64,000 nt of DNA, taken from assembly GCA_053919585.1 (NCBI GenBank), contig CM132799.1; one strand, given 5' to 3'. Under the pieces are notes generated by a model, which was not told the origin of the DNA, did not search any database, and saw only the letters and a list, made by a program, of their open reading frames with translations. The stretch comes from Euprymna scolopes. Lineage: Eukaryota. Below are positions 40,251 to 53,159 of the stretch, piece after piece (the first letter of the stretch is position 1; each line of letters begins with the position of its first letter). The position numbers and the translations under genes were made by a program.

Positions 40251-41029
40251 TAGCCAAGGAAGGTACAAGTGCACTTTGTTGCGAAAGAATGGTCCCTTCC
40301 GTCACACACGGTCAATTAAGAATTGTATCAATCGAAAACTAGGTAGTCCAATCAATTCCATCCTTGAAGTGTCAATAAAACCCTTAAGGTCCAATAATAA
40401 CGAGAATATGAAGAATATGAAAGAAGTAAACAAGTGTTTCCAAACAACTTCACATCCAGGGAAAAAGGAAAAACAACAACAGTTGATGAGTTTCCTCCCC
40501 ATTATATGCAGAAGTATCATGTGATCAAAGATCACATGGTCCAAGGGAAAGCCTTTAAAAATGGTCAAATAACAATAACAATAACAGTGTTTTTCCTTTT
40601 TGTCAATAATAAGGCAAGTACACAAATTCCTTTCCTCCAACAATCGTTACCCCTTTCAATGTCTTTCACAATACCTATATATTATACTGCATATCGATTC
40701 ATTAGATATTATTGACAAACATTGATATCAGCGCTTTATCTTGCCAATATCTAATTTTTTTTTGGTTCCGTCAGGTGATTTTACATACGATAAATATCAA
40801 TTAAGATCAGGTTTTGATAATAGTCCTGAAATTACGAAAGGNNNNNNNNNNNNNNNNNNNNNNNNNNNNNNNNNNNNNNNNNNNNNNNNNNNNNNNNNNN
40901 NNNNNNNNNNNNNNNNNNNNNNNNNNNNNNNNNNNNNNNNNNNNNNNNNNNNNNNNNNNNNNNNNNNNNNNNNNNGTGTCGTTGTATCAGAACTCATCAG
41001 TGTCGCTAGACTAGCACATCTCCCAAGAC

Positions 41030-41460
41030 ATGGATGGAACCTAGAATTGTTGTGTTGACAGTCGGTCGCTCTCCCTCTCAAAGCAACGCCCGCAAATAAC
41101 TCGCCCGAATGTATATTTAAAAACATCCGTCCGCATGTTCAACATGCCCGTTTGTAAACAAACCGTGAGCTTCGAATTTTTTCGACCAATTAAGTAGCGA
41201 GTGATATTATTTACGAAAGTGCTCTACCCAAATAGGGGGGCTTTAAAATATGTTTGTAGTCATCGACCTACAGCAGCTCTCCCAAGCCAAGAACCGAACC
41301 GAACCGAACCTAGAACTGTCGTGTTGACAGTCGGAGGCTCTACCTCTCGACCACGGAAGCGAGGCCCGTAATAACTCGTCCGAATGTCTATTTAAACAAA
41401 CATCCGTCCGCTATTTACAGTGCTCAAACTGCCTGTTTGTAACCACACCGTGAACTTCTG
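41030..41460 (-). repeat. Tandem dimer of a tRNA-derived SINE-like head
   Basis: Two copies (~41030-41170 and ~41300-41457). Minus strand of copy 2: TGGTCGAGAGGTAGAGC (A box), CTGTCAA anticodon-loop-like (GUC), GGTTCGGTTC (B box). Cloverleaf incomplete. Confidence 0.55.
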
Positions 41461-41499
41461 TTTAGTTACACATATTTCTGTTACCGAATCGTATCAGCG

Positions 41500-42063
41500 A
41501 TCCAGCTGATCTTCCTTATTTATATTCATGTCTCGGAAGTAGAGTAAAAAGCATATCTTATTTTTCTTTTATTAATATTATTGGAAGCTTTTCTTTATTT
41601 CTTTGTACACATTTTTGTGAATTATTCTGTGGATTTCTGCCTTTGGATTATTATGGACCCACTTCTTCCAATTACGGGATTTCCTGGGATTTTACTTGTA
41701 CTAATGGAAATTCTTTTAACTTTTTGGAAGTTTTACATTTGGATTTTACCATCACTTGATTTTTTTTAATTTTCCACCAGACAATCCATTCATGTGTAAT
41801 AACCTTTTTCTTCACTATATTCCCTCTGCTTCACTTTTTAGTTTTCAAGTAAGATCTTTGACTTACTTGTTGTTTCATCAAATACTTCTGCATGCAAAAT
41901 CCAATCCCGCATTTTGCTAATTCCTACCCTCTGATAAGAAGGAAAGTATTTCATCGAAACTCCGCGGATTAAGGACAATCCATTTATCTAGTGTTTCCTT
42001 TTCAGATTAAATATGTTTTTAACTCATTTCAAATTTTTTTTAACATATTTTATTAACTGTTTG

Positions 42064-42066
<3 letters not shown>
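41500..42066 (+). mobile_element. PLE 3' end with relic hammerhead (41927-41975), ending at (TA)n (copy 2)
   Basis: CCCT-CTGATAA-GAAGGAAAGTATTTCATC-GAAA-CTCCGCGGA: core one change from CUGAUGA, palindromic stem III. Upstream 'LTFW..YIWILPSL' resembles a GIY-YIG C-terminus (weak). Confidence 0.55.
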
Positions 42067-42140
<74 letters not shown>

Positions 42141-43642
42141 CGCGTAAGTAAATAAAACTATTAACCGGATTGGAGTATATCTTCATACGTTGTTTTTGTT
42201 TTTATTTCGCTAATAATGTAAATAAGAATCGGACATATCAACTATCGACAATGATAAAGTACAATAAACAAGACGAGAATGCATTCAAGAAAGTACTAGA
42301 AATGTTTTTTTTTTGCCTTGGTAAAAGCGTTTTTAAATGTCATGATCGGTACGACCTTTCATAGCGTCAATAATATCGTAATAATGTAGTGATGTAATAC
42401 GCTAGCTCAATAAAAGCTCAAGTTTTTGGAAAAGAAATATGCTTGTTTTGTTCTTTATTACCACTATTTTAGATTGCCAAAATCATTACTTAACAGTTAC
42501 TTTCTAAATAAATTGAAAATACAATGGATGTGACTATTAACAATAAAACGTCTTCGCTATACGGAGAATCATTATATATGTAGACATGCAATTCCAACAG
42601 AAATTATAAGCATTGTTTAGAGTTTTCGTTTTACTGATTTTTTTTTTTTGATAAGCAGTTACAGGAAGACAATCTAGTTTGCATTTATTTTGAGCTGAAG
42701 ATCAATTCCGACTAATCTGTTCTGTTGTGCCAAGCCATTTCCGATGCAGAGTCGATCTGACATAGAATTATTTCTTTTGCTGTGGTCACATTAAATATTT
42801 GTTCTAGACAGTGCGCTTCTACAGCAAGCATCTCCGTTTTTTCCCATAAATTTCCTGGCTTAAATCTCATTACATTGTCACCGTAGGCAGTTGCATATTC
42901 CCGCGAGACACGGAGATGCTGAGTGAAGCAGCCTGAAGCGAGTCTATAATGACTTTTTGAAACATAAATCTACAATTCTCTGAGATGTCGTCTCAGTCGA
43001 CACCAATTTTTTTTTCCGCTGCGTATGGATAATTTTTATTCATTTCTTTCTTAAATTTGTTTTTGCTTCGACAAAAATCGATTTGTAACTAACATGATAA
43101 AACGTGTACAAACAAGAATATAATCATGATTTTTAGAGCAAACTCACCCTTGCGAATAGGAATTCTCAAGCATTTTAGGATTTATGTTCTGTTCCTCATG
43201 CGTCTTGCGCGAGTTCGCCTCTGTTTATTGCAAGTAAGTATTTGTTTTTACATGTTTAATATATCATTGATCTGTATATATTCCACATGTAAAACATTAT
43301 TGGTTATCCTAATAAAACATTACCAAGTCGGTTGCCGTAATTAGGTTTAACACCATGGAAGTAACACTTGACACGAAGTAATATAATTAATCATATTACT
43401 GAAATATTAAACGTTGTACAGGATGTTTATTTCTTATAATTTAATATGAACATAAATATGGCGGGATTACATATTCGATATTTTAAATGTAAACGTCAGA
43501 AGTNNNNNNNNNNNNNNNNNNNNNNNNNNNNNNNNNNNNNNNNNNNNNNNNNNNNNNNNNNNNNNNNNNNNNNNNNNNNNNNNNNNNNNNNNNNNNNNNN
43601 NNNNNNNNNNNNNNNNNNNNNNNNNNNNNNNNNNNNNNNNNN

Positions 43643-44019
43643 CGTTAGCCGGGTGTTTGGAGGTGTATGTTCAGCAAAAAGAAGCGGTCATTTTTTTTTT
43701 TACTTTGACCCCTATTATGACCCCTTGAAATTACTGTTTTGGGGGCAAGACAAGCTATTAAGTTAGATCCTTGTCACAGGAACCTATGTAAAAAATTTAA
43801 AGTGTTTAGACCCACAAATTGCGGAAGGGTGTGTAGAGTTCTCAAGAGTAAAATCATTGAACTTTGGGTCATTAACAGCAAAATTTCTGGCCGAAAACGG
43901 ATTACAAATTTCTTTTTAACATCTCAGTACCCTGTATATCAAATTTCTAGTCTCTAGACTGAAAATTAACAGAATTATTCCGTAGGAAAATGTACACAGG
44001 CACACGCGCACACACACGC
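43643..44019 (-). mobile_element. Non-autonomous Helitron family A copy (both ends in masked runs)
   Basis: Aligns by eye with 18001-18304 (GACCCCTATTATGACCC; ATCTCAGTACCCTGTATATCAAATTT). Confidence 0.6.
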
Positions 44020-44224
44020 NNNNNNNNNNNNNNNNNNNNNNNNNNNNNNNNNNNNNNNNNNNNNNNNNNNNNNNNNNNNNNNNNNNNNNNNNNNNNNNNN
44101 NNNNNNNNNNNNNNNNNNNNNNNNNNNNNNNNNNNNNNNNNNNNNNNNNNNNNNNNNNNNNNNNNNNNNNNNNNNNNNNNNNNNNNNNNNNNNNNNNNNN
44201 NNNNNNNNNNNNNNNNNATATTTT

Positions 44225-46100
44225 AAATTAATTTAAAATGCATTTAAAATGTATAAAAGAGATTTCGCAGCCCATTTTGCTGACATATTTCCAAACGGTG
44301 AAAATAGTTATAAATGGTTCTAAAGGTACTCATGGTTATTGGGGTTCAGACCATCGTCGTTGCTGTCTCTTGCTTTCGCCTCTCTTTCTTTATCTTTCAC
44401 CTTATTCGCCTTTTCTTACTTTATTCTTTCTTACTTGAGGTGAAGTGTAGGGCACGTTGGTCCTTGGTCAAATAAGGCATGGAGGAGGTGTGTGTGCGCG
44501 CGTGTGTGCGTGAGCGTGTCCTTGTATTATGCTTGTAGAATGTGTGTAATACATTCCAGTTTTATAACTTTAAAATTTCATTTGCTTCACTACGAAAACA
44601 AATGTTACACAAGGTCGTTTTAAATGTGATGGGTCAACCCTCTAAAACAAGGGTAATTCGTAGGAATGTGTTCATTAAATTTTGATCTTGATTGTTTGGG
44701 TTTTTAGATTTTAATTTTTGTCTATATTGATTTTCGTTTAGACTTAATTGATTGGGGTATTCATAATATTATGTTCGTTCATATGAAGGGGTGTGTTAAA
44801 AGATAGACAGAGGGGATGTTAAGTGGTCTCATTATGTGTCATCACGTGGGGAACGTCATGCCCAGGATCGGTTTAGTGTGGAGGAGATCTCGCTCCACAG
44901 AAGGAGGCACTCTGGGAAGGTATCTAATTGAGAATTGTTTTGTCACGAAGGATTTATCTCCACGGAATGAGAGTAGCAGGGGGATGCAGAGTCGAAACAG
45001 AAATTACACGTATTTCGTAATGTTGTTGGTTTCGCAGTATATTAAGGTTCGTATTGATCAATGGGTTATATTAGAGATAGGGTGTTGTGCCTGTGTGTGG
45101 CTCTATTTGGGGATGGACGTACGAGTGTGTTTTTTATTTCATTTGTTTGTATGCTGATATTAAGCTTTGTTCAATTCGGGAGTGATTCTTGTTTTGAATT
45201 TGTTTTTCTTTGTAAGGACATAAAATAATTGTCTGGTATTATTTTGAAGCTATTTTCACTGCATGTATTAACATGTTTTGAACCATAGATGTGTCCGTTA
45301 TTTGAATGTTACTATTATGTAAGGTCACTGAGGTTTCCGGTGGCGCCATGTAAGATTTGTTGTATGCTGTGCATCTTAGTGTATACACTATATTTCTGGA
45401 GGTGCAATTTAGATACTTTTAATTCTGAATATTTGCGTTAGGCGTTTGAATATGTATGTGTTTCGTTCTATTATAATGTCACAGATTCTACATCGTTATA
45501 GTTTGCATTTTCTAACAACTTTTGTAGTGGATTGATTGAGTTTAGATGAGGTTAGGATGTGCTTTACGTTTTTGGATCGTCGTTTGCTTTTTATTAGTAG
45601 TTTCTTTTTTATTTTTGTTGTTTTAAGTATGTTTTTTAGTTTATCCTTCTAACAGAGTACACCTATAAGACATAACACACATTCTACAAGCCAATACAAG
45701 GATACATACAATAACACGCGCTCACACACATATGCGCACTCACACCCCCTCCACGGACTTATTCGACCAAAGTGCCCTACAGTTCCACTTAAGTAAGAAA
45801 AAACAAAGAAATAAAACGAACAAGAGGAGAAAAAAGAACGAGCGGAAAAAAAGAAAAATACAGCACTGATCATGGTCTGCCCCCAATAAGAAAGGGTAGC
45901 GGTTGAAAATACCCATGAAAACCTTTACAAACATTTACAAATATTTCCATCGCTTGGAAACCTGTCACCAATATGGACTGCGAAAACTCTCTTATACATT
46001 TTAAATATACTTTAATTTGTCTTCATTTTAACTATTTTCTGGAAAGGACGCTTCACACAACGTCTGAAACGTTTTAAACTATTTCAATGACTAAAACAAT
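44225..46100. mobile_element. Old Neptune-type PLE 3' fragment with an inverted terminal copy
   Basis: Minus strand 45160-45600: 'KSKRRSKNVKHILTSSKL', C..RC..C, 'LNCTSRNIVYTLRC...SY.GATG' (GIY-YIG), 'PELNK'. Diverged inverted arms at ~44230-44560 and ~45670-46015. Confidence 0.75.
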
Positions 46101-46215
46101 ATTATAATTATCTAAATATTTAAAAAAAATAAAAGAATTTTTAAAAATACATATGAATTGCTGGTGGCCTAATTCGTTTACATATACACCTTTCCCTCGT
46201 TAGAATCTCTAAGCT

Positions 46216-46283
<68 letters not shown>

Positions 46284-46349
46284 CAAACGTCTGTTTGTTT
46301 GTGCGTTTGTGTGTGTGTTCGTGTGTGCGCCAAAATATTGTCTACTGCA

Positions 46350-47309
46350 TAGAATTCGGTAAAAACCAGTACCATCTGTTAAAGCAACCCCTCACCTTGA
46401 CGCCGCCACCCATGCTAGAGGCTACCAGAGCCAAACAAATTAAATTTAGTCTCATCAGACCATAGAACATAGTTTCAGTAATCTACGGTCTTTGTTTACA
46501 TGTCTTCAGCAAACTGGGCGCAGGCTATTTTGGGTATTGCCTTAAGAAGAGACTTCTTCCTTGAGTTATAGCAACGCACACACATTTGTAGAGTACAAAA
46601 TATGGCATGCCTACACTCCAGCTTGGTTGTGAGAATGTCTTGGTCTGTAGCTGTATGAGTGTTGCAGGTATTGGGGAATTACATTTCCTTTAGGGAAATA
46701 TAATCTCCAACATGCATTGTCAAATACTGCAGCAAAAGATGACCCCCTTCCTCCAGGAACTTGGTCGTAGAGCAGTGTTCCATCAGGGCAATGACTAAAC
46801 CACTCATCCAAGACAACCACTGCTTCACTTAAAAGGCGGAGCGTAAAAGTAATGAACTGGCTAAGCATGTCTCCAGGGGTGAACCCAATAAAACATATTT
46901 GAGGGCATCCTCACGCAGAACTTTGATGTACACAAATCTAAAATACCCGCCAGCTCCGCAACGTCGTAATTTAAGAGTGGAAGAGTATTCTAGTGGCACT
47001 TGTAAACTTTATGCTCATAGCATATTTGAATAATAAAGTTTGCCACGCAAAATATTGAGAGTTTACATGTTGTATGTTATATTAACAATTTTTCGTAAGT
47101 GGTGTAATCACTTTTGTTATCAGGGATTTAGCTTTTAATGGCTATATTTTATATTTATTTCGAGGGCAGAAAAACTTAACTCTGTTATATATGCTGCAGA
47201 CAGACTACTTTTAATTGTGTCAAAAACATTTTTCAGTGTTGTCCAATGAAGAGATATATTTGGATATTTGAGTAAATGTGCGGGATGTACTCACTTTTGT
47301 GATACATTG
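46350..47309 (-). mobile_element. Tc1-family DNA transposon, 5' portion (degenerate transposase)
   Basis: Terminus TA|CAATGTATCACAAAAGTGAGTACATCC on minus (Tc1 CAGTG-type TIR). Transposase motifs 'RKKSLL', 'NYVLWSDETKF' (~46441-46473) and HGGG-like (~46402-46416). Confidence 0.82.
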
Positions 47310-47409
47310 TATATGACTATCTCATTTAGTCACATAAATTGATTTACGAACATATAACTTTATGAGTAACTTTTCCATATTCGCTTCAACGGTGTTCAAG
47401 GTAGGGCAT

Positions 47410-48510
47410 GGTAATAAGTTATGAACATATATATGGCAATTAAGATTAACAGAATATTCCGCGGTTCATTTTCATGAGAATTCGCCAGGATTGTTCTTGT
47501 TGGCATATACTCGCGGCCCAAATCTTACGAAGCACTGGCCAGACTGTGAAATGTTTGATGTTAGTACATAAAAATAACAACTTCAGGCTCTCATCATTGA
47601 AAAAGCAAGAGAGTTATACCTGACGAATTATCGCGAGAATGAGACGGGGAATATTCTGTGTATCTTAATTGCCATATATATATATNNNNNNNNNNNNNNN
47701 NNNNNNNNNNNNNNNNNNNNNNNNNNNNNNNNNNNNNNNNNNNNNNNNNNNNNNNNNNNNNNNNNNNNNNNNNNNNNNNNNNNNNNNNNNNNNNNNNNNN
47801 NNNNNNNNNNNNNNNNGTGGAGAAAACGCGGAATATTCCGTGTAGCTTAATTTGCATATGTATCCTATAACTTNNNNNNNNNNNNNNNNNNNNNNNNNNN
47901 NNNNNNNNNNNNNNNNNNNNNNNNNNNNNNNNNNNNNNNNNNNNNNNNNNNNNNNNNNNNNNNNNNNNNNNNNNNNNNNNNNNNNNNNNNNNNNNNNNNN
48001 NNNNNNNNNCAAAACACATTTGAGCCATGTTTAAAGAAAGATTCTATTATATCGTTACAATTTCTAGTATTCATAATTATTCCAGTTTATCATATGCTTT
48101 AATATTATTTCAAGTGGTTTTACTGTGTTATGTAGTAGAAAAAAGCGGAAAATATTAATATTTAAAGATTGTTTTCTGAGTTCTTAACACATTCCCCCAA
48201 AAGGGTTAACGTTCTTAGAAGCAATATTAATTATTATCTTTTGTCTATGTAATCTTTGTTTTCCATATTTCTATCAATATCATTTATTTTTCTGTTGTGT
48301 CTCCCTTGTTTTTGTCATGAAGAACGACGTCGCGTGTTTTGACTCTTCCTGCTGTAGATAATAATGTTTCTAACGACGGTCTCCACTCTTGATCTTTCAA
48401 TGGTGAACGCCTGAAGCTAAGTTACTTTTATGTACTAACATCAAACATGTCACAGTCTGGCCGGTGCTCTGTAAGATTTTTGGCCGCGAGGACATGCCAA
48501 CAAGAATAAT
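47410..48510. repeat. Cluster of Naiad pLTR fragments in inverted and tandem orientation, with relic hammerheads
   Basis: ~110-bp inverted repeat 47492-47601 / 48395-48510. Hammerhead-like motifs at 47441-47490 (-), 47613-47665 (+) and 47817-47850 (+, partly masked), sharing stem III and tail with 53274-53350. Confidence 0.65.
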
Positions 48511-51302
48511 GTAAAATGTCGCTGTGTATTATTTTTTTTATTATGTTTGCAATGAAATAAATATTAGGAAAAAAATAATTGTATTCATGAGAAAAAAATG
48601 TTTGCTCGTAACAATTCCATACGAGAGCTCAAGTGAAGAGATTTCTTTTTCTGGTAGTTTCAAAACGACCTGGAAGCAACAGACTCCATATTAAAGTGTG
48701 ACTATTTATGCAAAGAACTATGTTGGTGTTGCCACCTCCTTTCTAGTGAGTCAACGCCTTCCTGTATCTAGTCTCGTATACTTACGCGTCTGCTCTACAT
48801 AAGAATCTAAGCTGGATTTGCTCTACGAGTGAAAGTGAGAGCGGGTGATATCAAAACCTAGGTTTACCCCGTTGGTAGGAGCCCACATTCGCTGTTGCTA
48901 AGAATGTTCAACAGAAAAGCAAGCCACTATGATCGGAGGAAGCGCATTTACAGGAGATGCCGATAAGTGTTGAATTTTACTCTCGCTTCATCTTTCTTTC
49001 TCGCTTTTTTCACTTCTTCCTTACTCTATCTACTTCTATTTTAATGGTGATTATTGTTGCATCACTTTACTGCATTGTAATCGCTGATTTGTTTGGGAAT
49101 TCCTGCTTGTTTTTTTTTTGTTTTGATTGTTTATGTTTTTTTTTGAGATTTGCAATATTTCGTCAGTTGGGAATTCGAAGCTCACTGGTGCGGAGCGTGT
49201 GAAATTTGTCTCCGTCAAACAAGACTTGAAAATTGGAACTAGGTGTAGCTGGGCTTTTAAACAGTTAGAGATCAAGAAAGTTTTGAGATAAGCTAAGCGA
49301 AGGCTGTGCCTTATCCGGTGATCCTGACTCGACTATAAATAAGTCGAAGAAGAATGACATGTCAGTAAAGAAAAAATACCAGTAATATGCGTATATGTTA
49401 AGATAACAGACATAATATTTCCTCTTAGGAATGAAAAGTTGTTTAAATAGCCTAATACAGGGTCGAATTTCATCGTGGCTTAGTTTAGCCGGATTACAAA
49501 TGGAAAGCTGGCTACACTGTGAACGTAAATAAAGTAAATTCCGCCAATTGAAGTCCTGAAAACTGAACTGCCGAAGAGACGAAACTATGGAAATTACAAA
49601 AAGAATTTGATTGAACATTCGTTGTTTAATTTTTGTCACGTACATGGGATTATCATGAATTTATTTACCCCAAGGCAAAAAGGAGATGGTTACGAGGCTA
49701 AATGGGAAGTAATTCTTGTAGACATATTTTACGTCCAGACGTAAAAAGATAAAATGTCGTTCATTTTAAAAAGTGCTTACTGTCTTATTTAATCTCTCCA
49801 TTTTTTTCTTCTATTATGTCCTCACACTTAGGATTGTTTTATAATTACCTCAGGTCCGGTGAACCTTGCTAAAGAATCAAAGTTAGCAGTTGCACGCGAG
49901 AGTGAATATTTTACATCTTCATACTTTTTTACCTCTATTTTCTCAATGAATTAGTTCGTCCATTCAACGGCACTTGCTCTTTTCTTGTTTTATTGTTGCA
50001 TTTTTCGTGGTAACTATGACCCGCGGGATGAACGTCGTTGCACATAGCGACAGATTGTCCGCATACAATGCTTTACCATCCGCCCATCAGGATTCCAAAT
50101 CAGATTTTGCATGTCTTACTTCAATATTCTTTGCATTTTCCAAGGTATCCACAAGGCAGTGCAACTATTTGCCCATAGCCGTCCGATAACAACGGAGATC
50201 CTCCTTACTGTTTTCAAAAGAAAAGCGACATTTAAAAGTGGTCCTTCTAAAAAGATGTATGGCCTAATAAGAAACTATTTTCTTAACCGTAAACATTTGA
50301 AAATATTTCTAATTTTTACGAAGAAAAACGTATGTTACTAAGTGTATTTTATGGGTAAATAGATCGAATAATTTATAAATTTTGCACATTTATTCGCGGG
50401 GATGGGTTTTACATGAATGCACAAAATAATTTATCAATTACATGGGCGATGCTTTATTATAAAAAAGCTGCAAAAGCATTGTTAATATGTATGTACAAAT
50501 CGTCTACTATATTAAAAACATTTTCTTAAATCCATTTCAGATCATTTGGGGTACGTATTGTCAAGAGTATGTGTATTTGCAGAGGTGAGATATATCTGCT
50601 CAACGCCTTCCATTCCTTGGTGTGCATGAAAATATAAAGAAATATAACGTCTATTAGCTTGTAATGAGATAAAGCTTGAAGGCCTGCTAGACACTAAAGT
50701 ATTGCTCTTGGTAGGGTTTATCTGGATACGTTGACATGAGCATATTTTATTTTATAAGAACACCTTTATTAAATACTTAACATCCACATAGTATTCGCAC
50801 CCTTTATAAGGTATATTCGCTATGGTTTACGCCTCCAGGCTTTTCCGAGGAATATTGTGTCTTTTCCACCTAATATAGCACTAAGAAACTGTACTTAACT
50901 TCAAACAATACAAGAATAATAGAATTCCTGTCCGTGATACGAAGCGACCACGAGAAACAGAATATTATCCCTGATGTATATGTTCCAACTACAGGACTAA
51001 CTAAATGTCTGGAAAGTAAACAAGAAATTTAGTTGATTATTCGAATATCTGTAGATACAAATGTAGATAAGAAAACTGGGCCCGCATAATTCCTGCGAAC
51101 TTAAAATGAAGCTAAAAGAGAAGAAGTAATTTAAAACAAAGAATGAAGACATTTAAAAGAATTATAAACAGTTAGCACTCTACAACATATTGAATTACGT
51201 TGTAAGTTAAGAAAGAAATTCGGCCAAAAAGTACAATGGCGTCCCCACTGCCAGATACATAAATGCCCATGGTAAATTCGTATACCGAATATTATATACA
51301 TA

Positions 51303-52041
51303 TATATAATATAAATCTGAATGTCTGTGTGGGTGTGTGTGTTTGTGTGGTCACGAATAGGCTCCTATATGGTTGACTATTTTAAAAACTGACTACATAT
51401 AATGATAGAAGATGTATCGAGACACAGGGGAGGGGTATCTGGCAGAACAGTAGTTCATTACATTTGTGGGGTGTGCGTTCGTGCGTCTTGGTCCACAAAG
51501 TATGGAAATAAAAATGTAAACATTAAAGAAAAATTGTTTACAAGTGTTTTTGATGTAGATGCACATAAGACTACTTTGATAAATGTGTTTTACTTAAATA
51601 GAGATGGTATAATAAAATTGTGGTGTCTGTGTTCACGCCTGGCTCCATAGAATGGAAATGAGCACAAATTTAATAAAGAATTGTCACATATATCTGCGTA
51701 AGTATACTTTGATAATTATGTTTCAGATTGAAGAAATATGGTTTAATCAAATTATGGGGTGTTCGTTTGCACCTGACCTCCATAGAATGGAAATATGTCA
51801 CAAAGTTTAACAAGGTTTTTTTTAATATAGATCCACAGAATATTGTGATAAGTGTTTCAGCATGAACAGGTATGGTATGATAAATTATGGGGTGTATGAT
51901 ATTTTGCTTTGGTTTTGATACCCCAAATTCGAAGCTATCTCATTACAAATCTTCCTTTTCATAACCTATCATACTTTCATAAATCAGAGTCCATTCTCTG
52001 TACGCTGATTTCAACCCAGTCAACGACGGGTACTTTTGCTA

Positions 52042-52042
<1 letters not shown>
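51303..52042 (+). mobile_element. Non-autonomous Helitron
   Basis: ATAATATAAATCTG...(GT)n start, internal repeats (CTCCATAGAATGGAAAT x2), 3' hairpin ACCCAGTCAACGACGGGT, then CTAG|T. Confidence 0.75.
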
Positions 52043-52094
<52 letters not shown>

Positions 52095-52095
<1 letters not shown>

Positions 52096-52343
52096 TAGCA
52101 GTTCAGCCCGGATTTGCTCGGCCCCTACGTNNNNNNNNNNNNNNNNNNNNNNNNNNNNNNNNNNNNNNNNNNNNNNNNNNNNNNNNNNNNNNNNNNNNNN
52201 NNNNNNNNNNNNNNNNNNNNNNNNNNNNNNNNNNNNNNNNNNNNNNNNNNNNNNNNNNNNNNNNNNTGTAAAGTAATGCCTGTCTGAATAATAGTCTTCC
52301 TTACAATAGATAAAAAACGGACGGACATTTTCACTTTTTTAGA
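52095..52343 (-). mobile_element. Short non-autonomous Helitron (tail-to-tail with the previous one)
   Basis: Minus: A|TCTAAAAAAGTGAAAATG start, hairpin GCCGAGCAAATCCGGGC, CTAG|T end. Centre masked. Confidence 0.7.
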
Positions 52344-52347
52344 TTGA

Positions 52348-52392
52348 CTGGCATGGGTGCATGGCGTTGCTCGCGTGTTTGGAGGTGTATGG
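52348..52392 (-). mobile_element. Helitron family A 3'-terminal stub, abutting the Naiad fragment
   Basis: GGGTGCATGGCGTTGCTCGCGTGTTTGGAGGTGTATG matches family A ends at 18001, 26420-26470 and 43643. Confidence 0.55.
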
Positions 52393-53159
52393 TACCAAAA
52401 CTGTGGCCTGGTAAACTATGCTTTTGGTTAGTCTAACCAAAAGCGTAGTTTACCAGGCCACAATATTTGCGAAAGAAACCCACAATAACAAGAAATATTA
52501 CGTAGGTATGACTTCCTTAGATTTCAAAAATCGATATTCTGACCACAAAAGTACATTCAACAATAAACAAAACACCGTATGAAAACAACACTAGCGAATA
52601 AATACTGGGAACTTAAGGAAAGCGGGCATTCGCCGGTAGTCGAATGGAAAATAATAATACAAACAATACAAGCTATCAGGTGTAGGGACCTAGACGACTT
52701 ATGTAGATTATGCCTTCATGAAAAATTTGCTATCCTGTACTTTAAAGAACCCCAACATCTATTAAAGTGTAGAAGAGAAGAAATAGCAAGCAACTGTGCT
52801 CACAAGATAAAATTTACTCCAGGATAGCGATACAAAATAGTTTTAAAACTAACAAAAACAATAGAAAATACACAAATAAATAAATTAAATATACCTGANN
52901 NNNNNNNNNNNNNNNNNNNNNNNNNNNNNNNNNNNNNNNNNNNNNNNNNNNNNNNNNNNNNNNNNNNNNNNNNNNNNNNNNNNNNNNNNNNNNNNNNNNN
53001 NNNNNNNNNNNNNNNNNNNNNNNNNNNNNNNNNNNNNNNNNNNNNNNNNNNNNAACCTAGATTTAAAACATATCAAGAAACTAAATACCCAGGCTAAATA
53101 CAGCACACACAAAGGAACAGGTCAACCAGAGATCAAATAAGAATTTGGCCGATAAGCGC

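Noticed and set aside
49200-50340. piggyBac transposase relic ('LSHDE...FKQLFIPKRK'); similar hints at ~56600-57480
   Set aside because: Only vague motif resemblance and no clear TTAA-flanked termini. A profile search is needed.
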